64,000 nucleotides of DNA from a virus. Where the stretch lies: positions 94,224 through 158,223 of the IMG/VR virus record IMGVR_UViG_3300031949_000004; one strand, 5' to 3'. The position numbers and the translations under genes are program-made. The notes beneath the pieces were generated by a model. The model was given only the letters and a program-made list of their open reading frames with translations. It did no database searches and was not told where the DNA came from. Positions 45,051-55,100 of the stretch are shown piece after piece. Every line of letters begins with the position of its first letter. Position 1 is the first letter of the stretch.

Positions 45051-46310
45051 CTAGGCACCAACCGTCGGGGCACCCGAAAGCCGGTTTTTCGCTGCCCACT
45101 CGCGCACAATCTGGATCTCTCGGGAAAGTGGCATGCGGTTGCACGGGCCGCGCACCTGGACGATGGTACCGCCAACCTTGCGCACCTCAATAGTGAGGCG
45201 CCGCCAGTGCCCGGTACTGTCCTCCTCGGTCACAACCCAAATCGAGCTGGCACCAGACGCGATGGTGGAAGCATAAGACGCGACACAGTGGTGCATCACC
45301 CGACCCTCCTCGACCAAATCTGCCCGGTTCAAAATCTCCCGGACATGCCAGATCTCCTTGCAGTGCTTGCCGGCGCGATTCCGATGCGTGCGATCGAGAT
45401 CATGTTTCAGATAGCCGCTCGGTTTGAAGGCCTTGGGCTCCCGCGACCAGATCTTCTCCTTGGCCAACTCGCGGTGCCACACCTCCATCGCTCGTTGCGT
45501 GGCCAGCACGCTCCGACCCTTCATGCCAAAAGACAGGTCGGTGGTATGACGATGATGCAGGTAATCAAGCAAGGGACCAACCTGCTCCATGGGTAGCATC
45601 GGGTTCCGACAGAACCATTCGATCACGCTCTGCCAGAACGTCTCCCAGTGTGTCGGCTGCAAGTCCCAGGCTCTCGTGCCCCGCCACGCGAGCCATAGGG
45701 CAGGGTTGCCGCCCGAGCCCAAGATCTGCGCCCGCCGCAAAGCCGACACGACACCAAGCCCCCCCGTGGTCGTCATGAAAATGTGCGCCATCTTGCGGGT
45801 GAGCGGAACGTCGATGAGCAGGGCCACGGGCGGCGGCACGACCTTCGACGGCACCACGGCCATGAGACTACCGCCCGCAGCCAGGTGAATCGCCAGGTTT
45901 TGAAGACGGGTCGCATTCGCATAGGCAGGATCCCCGACCTTGTCGTAGGCAAACGCGGTCCAGAGGAAATCCGGCATCCTGTACCTGGCGAAAAGGTGCG
46001 AAGCCAGAGAGCGGAAGACCGTATCAAAACCCTTGCCCCTCGGAGACCAATCTTCCAGCTTCCGGATCCACTGATCGCGATGCAGGTACAAATTGTGAAG
46101 GCTATCGACGTGCTCCTCGCGTTCGAGCAACCTCGGCGCCCGCTTGCGCACGATCTCGACAACCGGTGTCGAGCAGATCTCGGGACCGATATTCGATCGC
46201 GCCAGGGCCTCGGCGATCTCCCGCTCCTTCTGCGCGGTCACGGCTTGCTTGGCGAGGATCTCCCGGCGCCTCTGCGCCTTGAACCAGTTCGAGTAGTGAT
46301 TACTGCTCAT
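45051..46310 (-). CDS. PcfJ-like protein
   Basis: VMHHCVASYASTIASGASSIWVVTEE...LTIEV resembles the PcfJ domain HHC..Y motif. The MSSNHY start abuts the upstream stop. Confidence 0.5.
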   Translation of the reverse strand: MSSNHYSNWFKAQRRREILAKQAVTAQKEREIAEALARSNIGPEICSTPVVEIVRKRAPRLLEREEHVDSLHNLYLHRDQWIRKLEDWSPRGKGFDTVFRSLASHLFARYRMPDFLWTAFAYDKVGDPAYANATRLQNLAIHLAAGGSLMAVVPSKVVPPPVALLIDVPLTRKMAHIFMTTTGGLGVVSALRRAQILGSGGNPALWLAWRGTRAWDLQPTHWETFWQSVIEWFCRNPMLPMEQVGPLLDYLHHRHTTDLSFGMKGRSVLATQRAMEVWHRELAKEKIWSREPKAFKPSGYLKHDLDRTHRNRAGKHCKEIWHVREILNRADLVEEGRVMHHCVASYASTIASGASSIWVVTEEDSTGHWRRLTIEVRKVGGTIVQVRGPCNRMPLSREIQIVREWAAKNRLSGAPTVGA

Positions 46311-46705
46311 GAACCCCCCTGCGCCATCGAACGATTCTTGTTCCAAGAACGCCGCCAAGCGGATTCCAGGACGGGCTCATGCGTCTCGAACCAAAACACC
46401 ACCCGTTCACCCTGGAACCTGGCCGCCAGCTCCACAAGCCTCTTTCCAGCTTCGGAGCGTTCCGTTTTCTTGTACGGCATCACGCCTTCACGAACCTTGG
46501 AAAGCATATGCCTGAACTCTTCCACCGTCATGCTGTCTTTGGCGTTGTTGCAATCCTTGCAAGATGGCAGACAGTTGTCAATGAAGTCGCAACCACCATT
46601 TGAAAGCGAATGAACATGGTCAACAGTCTTACCCTTGCCGATACCACAGTAACCACATCGACCAAAAAACATCGCCAGGATTTCCCTTCGCATGCAGTCG
46701 TTCAT
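46307..46705 (-). CDS. HNH endonuclease
   Basis: GRCGYCG...VDHVHSLSNGGCDFIDNCLPSCKDCNNAK is an HNH motif. RBS GGGGGAAG. Lower GC. An alternative longer start lies at 46894. Confidence 0.6.
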   Translation of the reverse strand: MNDCMRREILAMFFGRCGYCGIGKGKTVDHVHSLSNGGCDFIDNCLPSCKDCNNAKDSMTVEEFRHMLSKVREGVMPYKKTERSEAGKRLVELAARFQGERVVFWFETHEPVLESAWRRSWNKNRSMAQGGS

Positions 46706-46916
46706 GCATACTTCCCCCAAAGATGTTTCCACACACGTCGCAGCCAACGTCTTATGACTGTGAAACGCATATGTCGACGCGAAAGCATGATACCCTTCTC
46801 GAATCTCCTGTCTCGACGGCGCGCTCGCTTGTAGTGCTTTCGCAATCTCCTGTACGTATCCCGATTGTATAACTTCCAACCCCACCAGCCCCACGGATCC
46901 TTACTCCGATTGCCCA

Positions 46917-47147
46917 TCACTTCTCGTCTTGGTGAAACTTCCCCTCGGCCGCGCGCTTTGACTTGACAACCATGTCATCGAGCACCCGATCGACAACCGT
47001 CATCCCGGCCACCACGGGCTCCACGCCCTCGTAGCCGACGATCTTCACGTCGATATCGTCATCCTCGCCGCGCCCCATAGATCGCAGCACATACGACGGG
47101 ATAATGACCCCGAGACTGTTCCCCACGGCGCGCAACTTCAAGATCAT
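46917..47147 (-). CDS. AbrB/MazE (SpoVT-AbrB) fold small protein
   Basis: MILKLRAVGNSLGVIIPSYVLRSMG...DIDVKIV matches the looped-hinge-helix consensus. Confidence 0.5.
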   Translation of the reverse strand: MILKLRAVGNSLGVIIPSYVLRSMGRGEDDDIDVKIVGYEGVEPVVAGMTVVDRVLDDMVVKSKRAAEGKFHQDEK

Positions 47148-47370
47148 GCCCACATGGTACCACGTGGGAACATGAGTTACAACGTCGGTCCGTCGGCACT
47201 TGAACCCGAAAACCCTTGATCTGGGAGCCGGTAGCGATAGCATGGAGAGAACGAAGCCTCGGTCCCCTTGATCTGTCCGTGCGGCACATTAAGCGGATTA
47301 CCACGATGGCGAAGTCAGCTCGGATCCCGGCGACTTCAAAGATACCCTCCTCGTCCTTCCGTGAGGTGTC

Positions 47371-47943
47371 ATGCATCCGCTCTACACAATTCCAATTGGC
47401 ATCGGCAGCTTCCTCCTCGGCGTGATCTCGACCAATTCACGCAAGGGACTCTCCATGTTGCCCAAACCTCCGCGAAGTCCGCTCAAAGGCGTGACTTTCC
47501 TACTGTGGACCCGCTACATCGGCAAAATGGCCCGGCATCCCCGACGCTTCGATAGCCCCCGTGGTCGCATGGGCACGTTTGGCATGGACGCCCGAAGGCT
47601 TTGCGATGTCGGCTTCGCGAACTCCCCTCGCAAAACCACCATCGGCCGCGAGACCGGTGTGTGGACAGCGGACTTCCGCATGCCCATCTCCAAGGAAGTG
47701 TATCTCGCCTCACTTCCGCTCCAGTACGAGTCCTTCAAGAAATCGATGCGTAAGATGCAGCCCAAAGCCATCCAGTTCGTGGGGACCGAAGTAGACGGCC
47801 AAGCCTGCACGCTCTCGGGATTGCTCGGCGTGGGTCACCTGGCAGGCGAAGCGGGAATCGAGAGCTGGGTGAAGGATCCCAAGGCTCGTCAACGATTCAA
47901 GGCCACGACCGACACCTTCAAGCTCGTGAACGGAATCTTCTAA
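47371..47943 (+). CDS. hypothetical protein
   Basis: 190-aa ORF. The start is uncertain, with internal Met candidates. Confidence 0.35.
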   Translation: MHPLYTIPIGIGSFLLGVISTNSRKGLSMLPKPPRSPLKGVTFLLWTRYIGKMARHPRRFDSPRGRMGTFGMDARRLCDVGFANSPRKTTIGRETGVWTADFRMPISKEVYLASLPLQYESFKKSMRKMQPKAIQFVGTEVDGQACTLSGLLGVGHLAGEAGIESWVKDPKARQRFKATTDTFKLVNGIF

Positions 47944-47975
47944 CCGAATGACAACGCCAAAGCAAGGAAGTACCA

Positions 47976-48314
47976 GTGGCAACACCATCTCTCGCTGACA
48001 TGCCAACAGAGACCCCTCCACCCGACCCAACCAAACCACCGAACGGCAACAAGGACAACAATCCCGTTACCCCTTTCCAATGTCAACTCCTCCAGGAAAC
48101 ACTTCTGATACAAGCAAAGTCTTTCACCGATCTCAAGGAATCAATCGACAAGCTGACCAACGAAACCAGAGCCCAGTCTCACGAATTCGCATCGCTCAAT
48201 GATGCTCTCCAGGAACTCACGCGCGAAATGAAGCTCTCCCGGGAATCACTCACCAGCATTCTCGCGCGCTGGGCCGACATGGTTCTCGCTGAACACCAGA
48301 AACAAGGACGATAA
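47976..48314 (+). CDS. hypothetical coiled-coil protein
   Basis: 112 aa with a Pro-rich N-terminus. Confidence 0.4.
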   Translation: MATPSLADMPTETPPPDPTKPPNGNKDNNPVTPFQCQLLQETLLIQAKSFTDLKESIDKLTNETRAQSHEFASLNDALQELTREMKLSRESLTSILARWADMVLAEHQKQGR

Positions 48315-48315
48315 C

Positions 48316-48750
48316 ATGAATCACAGCCAAATCGGACGTGGTGGCCATGGAGGACATGGAGGACATGGTGGTCGGGGCGGTCGGGGATTCGGCTATGGCC
48401 AAGGTTTCATTCCCTACTACGGCTACGGCTACCCTTATGACTACGCCCCGATCTACAACATCGTGGATCCTCTCTATGCAGATGACGACGACCTGGGCGA
48501 GGAAGAGCGCGAGCTGGCCCGCTCATGCGGCGCCGAGGAAGACGCGCTCATGCGCCGAACCTTGAACGGCATCCCGCACAACGACTATCGCGTGCTCGTG
48601 GTCGCCGCCGCCCGCAAGCTCGCCAAGAATCCACGCAATCCCACGACTAGGGACTACGCCTTAGCCAAAACCAAGATCGACGATGAGCTGGTCCGACGCG
48701 GACTCTCAGTCGTCGTACCCCACGCGCGTCCCGGTCGTGTGACCCGCTAG
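48316..48750 (+). CDS. hypothetical protein with Gly/His/Tyr-rich N-terminus
   Basis: GRGGHGGHGGHGGRGGRGFGYGQG... Confidence 0.4.
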   Translation: MNHSQIGRGGHGGHGGHGGRGGRGFGYGQGFIPYYGYGYPYDYAPIYNIVDPLYADDDDLGEEERELARSCGAEEDALMRRTLNGIPHNDYRVLVVAAARKLAKNPRNPTTRDYALAKTKIDDELVRRGLSVVVPHARPGRVTR

Positions 48751-48758
48751 AAAACAAC

Positions 48759-49061
48759 ATGGCCATCACCAAAGTCACCAACCTCACAACCAAAGGGCGC
48801 GGACTGCGAGCCGCGCATCGCGGATACGACCGTGACTACGGCAAGCTCCCACGACTCTCCGGCAGCTCGCGCGGCAAGACCGTACTCGACTTTCTACCCT
48901 ACGTCACCGACGCCTTCCCCGAAAGTCGCGGCAGCGTTCAGGTCGTGCTCGCCGACGCCCATCAGGCAAAAAAGCTCTTCGAGGAGCTGGAGCGCGATAC
49001 GCTCATCGAAGCCTGCCGGCTCATCCCCCCCAACGGACACATCGAGGTTCTGAAGGAATAG
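48759..49061 (+). CDS. hypothetical protein
   Basis: 100-aa ORF. Confidence 0.4.
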   Translation: MAITKVTNLTTKGRGLRAAHRGYDRDYGKLPRLSGSSRGKTVLDFLPYVTDAFPESRGSVQVVLADAHQAKKLFEELERDTLIEACRLIPPNGHIEVLKE

Positions 49062-49065
49062 ACAC

Positions 49066-49677
49066 ATGGCCGACAAGACCTACGGCGCGAAGTACGATCG
49101 GAAGCTCTCCGTCAAGGAGATCGCCGTGCGGATCCGCGCCGACATCAAGGACGCCATCACACGTGGTGAGATCCCCGCTGTCAAGATATCCGTGCGCAGC
49201 GATCGAAACTCCATCGACGTGACCATCATGTCCTGGCCGAAGGGCTTCCAAATCTTGAACCCCGAACGAGTGATCTACGACCACTTGCACCCGAATCAAT
49301 TCGTTGACGAACGCATCCTTCCCTTGCACACCGAAGAAGCTTCCGCCCTGCACAAGCACATCGAAAAGCTGCGCAACGCCTACAACTACGACGACTCGGA
49401 TCCGATGACCGACCACTTCGATGTCAACTACTACGGCAGTACCCAGTGGAACTGGGAAGCCGAACGCAACGCGCGCCAGGAACTTCTGCGCAGCTTGCCG
49501 AAGTACGTGCCTGGTCAAGACGCCAAGATCACCTCGGGGCCTTTCGCCGGCTGGTACAAGATTGTCGATGTCTACGAAAACGAAGACGGACTCAACGTCG
49601 AGCTGGCACGCAAAGGCATAGATCCCCATGTCGTCGTTAACGGTCCCGATCTCGCCCTCCTCAGTCTCATGGAGTAA
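49066..49677 (+). CDS. hypothetical protein
   Basis: 203-aa ORF. Confidence 0.45.
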   Translation: MADKTYGAKYDRKLSVKEIAVRIRADIKDAITRGEIPAVKISVRSDRNSIDVTIMSWPKGFQILNPERVIYDHLHPNQFVDERILPLHTEEASALHKHIEKLRNAYNYDDSDPMTDHFDVNYYGSTQWNWEAERNARQELLRSLPKYVPGQDAKITSGPFAGWYKIVDVYENEDGLNVELARKGIDPHVVVNGPDLALLSLME

Positions 49678-49681
49678 CAAC

Positions 49682-51490
49682 ATGTCGAAGAATCTCGCCA
49701 ACGATCTCATGATCACCACTTCCTACGACGATCCAGATCCAGACGGAACGGATGTCGACGGCATTCTTCCTTTGCTCACACCCTACTCCGAGGAAGACGA
49801 AAACGACGAAGCCGCCGAGGACAACGAGGAAAACGTCGCCATCGACACCGCCGGGGGCACCGAAATCATGGGCGCCTCCAAGAACAGGGCCGAAGAAGAA
49901 GAGCTGGAGGCCGAGATCGAACCGGGCTTCCGCGACATCGACTTGCCCAAAAACGAGAGAATGCCCGACGAAGATCCGGAAGGCTTTGCCGCCCTCCAAG
50001 AAGATCTCGAACCCGGCGAGGCTGAAGGCTACCTCGAATACATGCGCCCCCTCACGGCCGAAGAAGCCGAGCTGGTAGATGACCCGATGTTCAAAGATCT
50101 ACGCTGGGTCGACGACCCCGCGCACGTCCAGGACATCCTTCGCACCGGCAAAAACGAGCGAGGCATCGACAACCGCCTGAAGGACACAATCTACGGAGAC
50201 ATGCTCATGAAGAACGAAGAAGAACTCGCAGACATCCTCGACTCCGATAAGCTTGCAAGTTGGGGCGACAACTTCACACCCCTGCCCAAGACCTACGTTC
50301 CCACCCGTGATGCCAAGAAACTTGCGCTGGTGCGCGGACTCTCGCAAACGCTTCAGTGCGGTCATGCACGCTACCTCCGGGCGGCAGATCACACTGCCGG
50401 CGTGGCGATACGTCCGGGCTCGTACTACATGAACGTCGCCGGTCTGTGGACCCAAAACAAGCTTCGCCGGAACAACGTGCCGATGTCCCCCCGCTCGAAC
50501 TGGGCGCGTGTGTCCATGCCCGTCCTGCTCGGCGCCGCGCAAACCCTTCTCGACGAAACGAGTGGCACGCGACTCTTCGATGCCCAAGGCCACGCCGACA
50601 TGATGGGCTGGGGACTTTCGTCCCTGAATCCAATCAAGGCCGTCAAGAGCGTCGCGAAGCGCGCCAAAGGCGCGGCTTCATCGATCCACAAATACACAGT
50701 CAAGATGCCCGCCAAGTACGCCTACAAGTACACGGTCAAGATGCCCGCCAAGTACGCCTACAAATACGGCGTCAAGATGCCTGCCAAGTACGCCTACAAG
50801 GGCGCCAAGGTCGTGGGCAAGGTCGCACAAAGTCTCGCTCTGCGTCCCATCAAGGCCATCATCCGCAAGTTCACCAACACAGCGGTGAATCGTCGCGCGG
50901 CAGCCATCGCCAAACAACGCGGTCTCCCCAAGCCCGGTCCTGCCGAACGCACCGCCGCGCTTACCTGGGCCAAGAATCTCGTGCGCAAGACGAACAGGCT
51001 ATACGGCTCAGCCATCGCCTCGCTCATGGGCGCGGAACACGGCGTCCAAGCAGCGGACATCTCTTTGGGTAATGCCGATAACGCCACCATCGGAAACGAC
51101 GTGATGGGGACAGCCGGACTCATCATGCTCGGACCCATCGCGCTCATCAGCCTGCTCACGAAGCTCTTCAAGACCAAGTCAGCACAGCAAGCTGCCCCAC
51201 CCTTGCCAGGCGAAGATCCGAATGCCGAAGATCTGGGCACGCCCGACGAAGGTTACGAAGAAGATGCTTCCGAAGAAAGCTACGCCGAAGAAAGCTATCC
51301 CGAAGAAAGCTATCCCGAAGATTCAGCCGGGGGACCAAGCAGGGGTGGTATTGGGAAACGTGTTGCCGCCACGTTGCTCAGAAATTTTCCAAACGGCATT
51401 CCCCGCGCAAGGCTCGCCCAGCTTCGCCTGATCTCGGCAGCCGTCGCCAAGGCACTGATCCAAGCAGGCAAGCTCAAGGTCATCGGATGA
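49682..51490 (+). CDS. large acidic/repeat protein (putative internal virion/ejection protein)
   Basis: 602 aa. The N-terminus is acidic. It has 3 copies of KYTVKMPAKYAY and EESY repeats. Its C-terminal tail is shared with 51782-52129. Confidence 0.5.
   Translation: MSKNLANDLMITTSYDDPDPDGTDVDGILPLLTPYSEEDENDEAAEDNEENVAIDTAGGTEIMGASKNRAEEEELEAEIEPGFRDIDLPKNERMPDEDPEGFAALQEDLEPGEAEGYLEYMRPLTAEEAELVDDPMFKDLRWVDDPAHVQDILRTGKNERGIDNRLKDTIYGDMLMKNEEELADILDSDKLASWGDNFTPLPKTYVPTRDAKKLALVRGLSQTLQCGHARYLRAADHTAGVAIRPGSYYMNVAGLWTQNKLRRNNVPMSPRSNWARVSMPVLLGAAQTLLDETSGTRLFDAQGHADMMGWGLSSLNPIKAVKSVAKRAKGAASSIHKYTVKMPAKYAYKYTVKMPAKYAYKYGVKMPAKYAYKGAKVVGKVAQSLALRPIKAIIRKFTNTAVNRRAAAIAKQRGLPKPGPAERTAALTWAKNLVRKTNRLYGSAIASLMGAEHGVQAADISLGNADNATIGNDVMGTAGLIMLGPIALISLLTKLFKTKSAQQAAPPLPGEDPNAEDLGTPDEGYEEDASEESYAEESYPEESYPEDSAGGPSRGGIGKRVAATLLRNFPNGIPRARLAQLRLISAAVAKALIQAGKLKVIG
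50690..50797. repeat. 36-nt tandem repeat, three copies, in-frame (KYTVKMPAKYAY)
   Basis: aaatacacagtcaagatgcccgccaagtacgcctac occurs three times with few substitutions. Confidence 0.8.
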
Positions 51491-51765
51491 ACCGAGACGA
51501 AAAAGAAGCACTCCGCGAAAACTCGCTCGATGGCGTCGACGAGTTCGCCCGCGATGTTACGGGTTTCCCGGCCTTCCTTTCGACCCTCGCAATCGATCAG
51601 CTCATCAAGCCCACCATCTCCGAAGTCGTCAGTCCATGGCGCAAAAAAGCCGTTCACGGCGCCAAGAGCAGCACTGCCAAAGCCGTCCGCAAAACCGTGT
51701 CCAAGTCGCCGAACGAACAAAGCTCCCAAGCAGATCACAACGAAGATTCCGACGAAAAGTCGTAG
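51487..51765 (+). CDS. MNRDE-family small protein 1
   Basis: ATGA overlap. The N-terminus MNRDEKEALRENS..DEFARDV is shared with the next two genes. Confidence 0.45.
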   Translation: MNRDEKEALRENSLDGVDEFARDVTGFPAFLSTLAIDQLIKPTISEVVSPWRKKAVHGAKSSTAKAVRKTVSKSPNEQSSQADHNEDSDEKS

Positions 51766-51781
51766 TCACCAAAGGAACATC

Positions 51782-52129
51782 ATGAACCGCGAAGAAAAAG
51801 AAATTTTGGCCGAAAGCCGCAGCCGCAGTGGCGCCGAGCTAGCCCGTGAAGTTGCCGGAGGTCTCGATGACCAAGGCTGGGGTTGGGGCTCGATCAAACG
51901 TGGTCTCCGGTCATCGGTCACTGCGCCTTTGAAGGCTGCAAAATACTCGCTCACGATCCCCTACAGGGGAGCCAAAGCCTACCTCACCAACAAGCCCGGC
52001 AATCTCGCCACCAAGTTGCTCTCGACATTCCGCCAGGGCATCACGCTCGAACAACTCACTCGCATGTCCCCCGCTCTCAGGAAACAGGTCCAGAAACTCA
52101 TCGCCGCCGGTAAGATCCGTCTCGCATGA
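51782..52129 (+). CDS. MNRDE-family small protein 2
   Basis: MNREEKEILAESRSRSGAELAREVAGG. The C-terminus LIAAGKIRLA resembles the C-terminus of 49682-51490. Confidence 0.45.
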   Translation: MNREEKEILAESRSRSGAELAREVAGGLDDQGWGWGSIKRGLRSSVTAPLKAAKYSLTIPYRGAKAYLTNKPGNLATKLLSTFRQGITLEQLTRMSPALRKQVQKLIAAGKIRLA

Positions 52130-52178
52130 TCGGGCGGCCAACCCCTTCGACGAACAACCTCGAAACAAGGATCCCATC

Positions 52179-55100
52179 ATGAACCGTGACGAACAAGAAG
52201 CCAACACCCAGAACCAGAGCCGCAGCGGCGTCGAGCTGGCCCGCGAGGTTGCACTCGGTGCCCTGCCCGCAGAGATCTTGTCGGCCGGCGATGCTCCCGC
52301 TTCCCCGGTCTACGTCTTCGACGTGCAGGCGGCCGTGAACAAGGCAGTGAGCAAAGCCACGGCAAGCAAGCGCATCTGGGATCGCAAGATCCTCGGCATC
52401 GCCTGCCAGGCCGCCCAACCAGCCGTCGAACAGGGCTTGCGCCAAGCCGGCAAGGCATTCACGCGCGACGAGCTGCGCGCGGCAATCCGCTTGCACGTGA
52501 AAGCCTACGTGGATCAGTTCGCCGTGACCTTGCCCCGCGACGTGATCTTGGGCAACACGCAGCTCGAAGCCGTGGCCGCCGACATCTGCGGTGGGCTCAA
52601 CATGCCCTGGCAGGCGTTCCTACCGCCTCAAGTCCAGTTCGCCCTGGCAGCGAGCAAGGCCGGCAAACCCCAGGCAACCTCATGGCTCAAGAAGCTCTTC
52701 AGTCGCGGCAAGAAAGCCTCCCCGGCTCCCGCTGCACCGGTTGCCGCAAGCGACAAGACGGCTCCTGCATCACCTGCACCTACGCCGGCAGCCACGGAAG
52801 CTGCCCCCGCAAGCCCACCCCCGGCAACGGCCGGCTCGTCCGATTCACTCGGTGACAGTGAACTCGGAGCCTGGTTGCACAAGCTCAATCCTGCCTATTG
52901 GATCAAGAGCAGCCAGGAGAAGAAGTTCATCGACGCCGAAAAACAGGCTTGGATCGACAACGCCTACAACCTCAAACAACAAAAGAAGAAGGAAGCGGTG
53001 ATGTCCCAGGCTGAAAAGGCGCTCGCCGCCAAGCAGGCCTCGGCCCTCGCCTACCAGCGTACATCCGAGCTGGAAGCCCAGCTCAAGTCCATCGAATCCC
53101 AGGTCGCTGGTGCCGTTGGTCCTGCTGAAATCATGGGCTCCATCGGTCCCGCTGAGATTATGGGCAAAGCGGAAATCGTCGGAACAAAGCTCGACGATCC
53201 GTTCGACAGCAAGATCCCCGAGGAAGCCGCCGCACCCGTGCTCAAGAAGGTTGCGAAGGCTCGCCAGCTCAACGAAGCCAATCGACAAGATCTCGAAACC
53301 ATCTCGACCAAGCTCAGAAGCGGTGAAGGCTTGATGCCGGACGAATCCGCCAAACTGCTCATCTTGCTCGCGCGCAACGAACAACTCCACGAATTCCGCA
53401 AGAGCCTCGTCTCGGGCAAGCTGTACGCCACGTCCCCCGCGCGGGCACAGATCCAGCGCCAGGTCGTACTCGGTGCCGTCAAGGCCCTCACGCCCACCGA
53501 ACAACAACAACTGGCCTACATGATGAAGCTTGCCAAGCAAGGCAATCCTGCCGCCATCAAAGCAATCGAACAGCTACGCCAGCAAGGCTACTCGGTCATG
53601 GGCTGGGGGATCAGCGACGCATTCAAAGCCGTCACTTCACCCATCTGGAAGCCAGCCAAATACTTGGGCAAAGGTCTCAAATGGACGGGCAAGAAGCTCG
53701 GCATCATCAAGGGCAAGGCCAGCCCCGAGCAGGTGCGCATGGCCAGGCTCAAGTCCGCACAGAAACGCGCGCAGGCTGCCCAAGCCCGCGCTCGTGCTGC
53801 CGATGCCCAGTCCGAGGCTGAATACCGTGTCCAGCAACAGCTCGCCTCCGCCGCCGATGCGGAAGCTGATGCCGCCGATGCGGAAGCCACGGCCAAGGAA
53901 GCCCAGATGCAGACCGCCGAAGCCGAGTACATTCCCGGCCAAACGGCTGAAACCGACGAATCCGGTTTGCCTCCGGCCCCGCCACCGCCCGCATCGGTCA
54001 TCAACGCACCCTATGCGTTCCGTGGCGTCAAGCCCATCATAACCCCGCTTGCTGCAACCCCGTCGCCCGAGGCAGCAAAGATCAAGGCCGTCAAAAAAGC
54101 AATCTTGAACAAAAAGCACCCCAAGGCCGCCAAAATCTTGTCCAAGGCCGAAGAAGACTCCCCCGGCGGCATGAAGCTGCGCGCTTCGATGAAGCTCTAC
54201 GCTGGCGCCAAGCTCAATCCCAAGGGGCCAGAGGCGCAAGCCATCCGAGTCATGGCCGCCAGGGCAAGGAAGGGCGACAAGCAAGCCCTCGCCGACATCC
54301 ACGCGGTCAAGCTGGCTCAGATCGCCGTCAAGGCCGACCAGAAAGCCGGACGCCAGACAGCGGCGCTCTACGCGGCACGAGCACGCAAGAAGAAGGTGGC
54401 AGCCGTGCAGAAAAAGATGGAAATAGCGACCTCGAACGTCCTCATCCGGCGCTCGCGCACGCACCAGCTCGCCAAGCTCGCCAAGGTCGAACGCAAGGCT
54501 GCTGCCGGCGACAAGAAGTGCCAAACCTTCATCAAGCAAGTCGCGACCAAGGCCAAGGCTGGGGATCCGAAAGCCAAGAAAGTGGCCGCCGGCCTCGTCC
54601 TCGCCAAGCACGTTCGCACCTCGGCGCCTACACGCCGCGAGCGCAAGAACCTCCGCGACGCGCACAAGCTCGTGGCCAAAGTCGCCAAAGGCAATCGCAA
54701 AGCCACAGCCCAGGCTCGCGTGATCGTCGCCGCCGCCAAGGCCGGCAACCCGAACGCACAACGGGCGCGCAGGCGCATGCAGACGGCTGCGGCCGTCCAT
54801 CAGACCATCGCCACGGGCACCATCGTCCTGCCCGCCGTGATCGCGACTGCCGAGCGCCAGGGCAAGAAACACAAGCAGAACCAGCAGAAGGTGGCAGTGG
54901 CCGAAACCAAGCTCGCCCGAGGCACCGCCTCACGTGAAGAATTGCAAGCTGGCGCCAAGGCCGCCGCCGACAACGGCGACAAGACCAAGGCCGGCGAGCT
55001 GCTCGCCGCTTCCGCTGCTGCGCCTTCCAAAGCCGAATCGCTCAAGAAGACGGGCGCTGTGCTCGCGGCTGCCGCCAACGACAACCCCAAAGCTCAAGCT

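Noticed and set aside
44499-45596. 365-aa + strand ORF.
   Set aside because: It overlaps the PcfJ-like gene and the newly noted small gene on the opposite strand. Its translation is junk-like.
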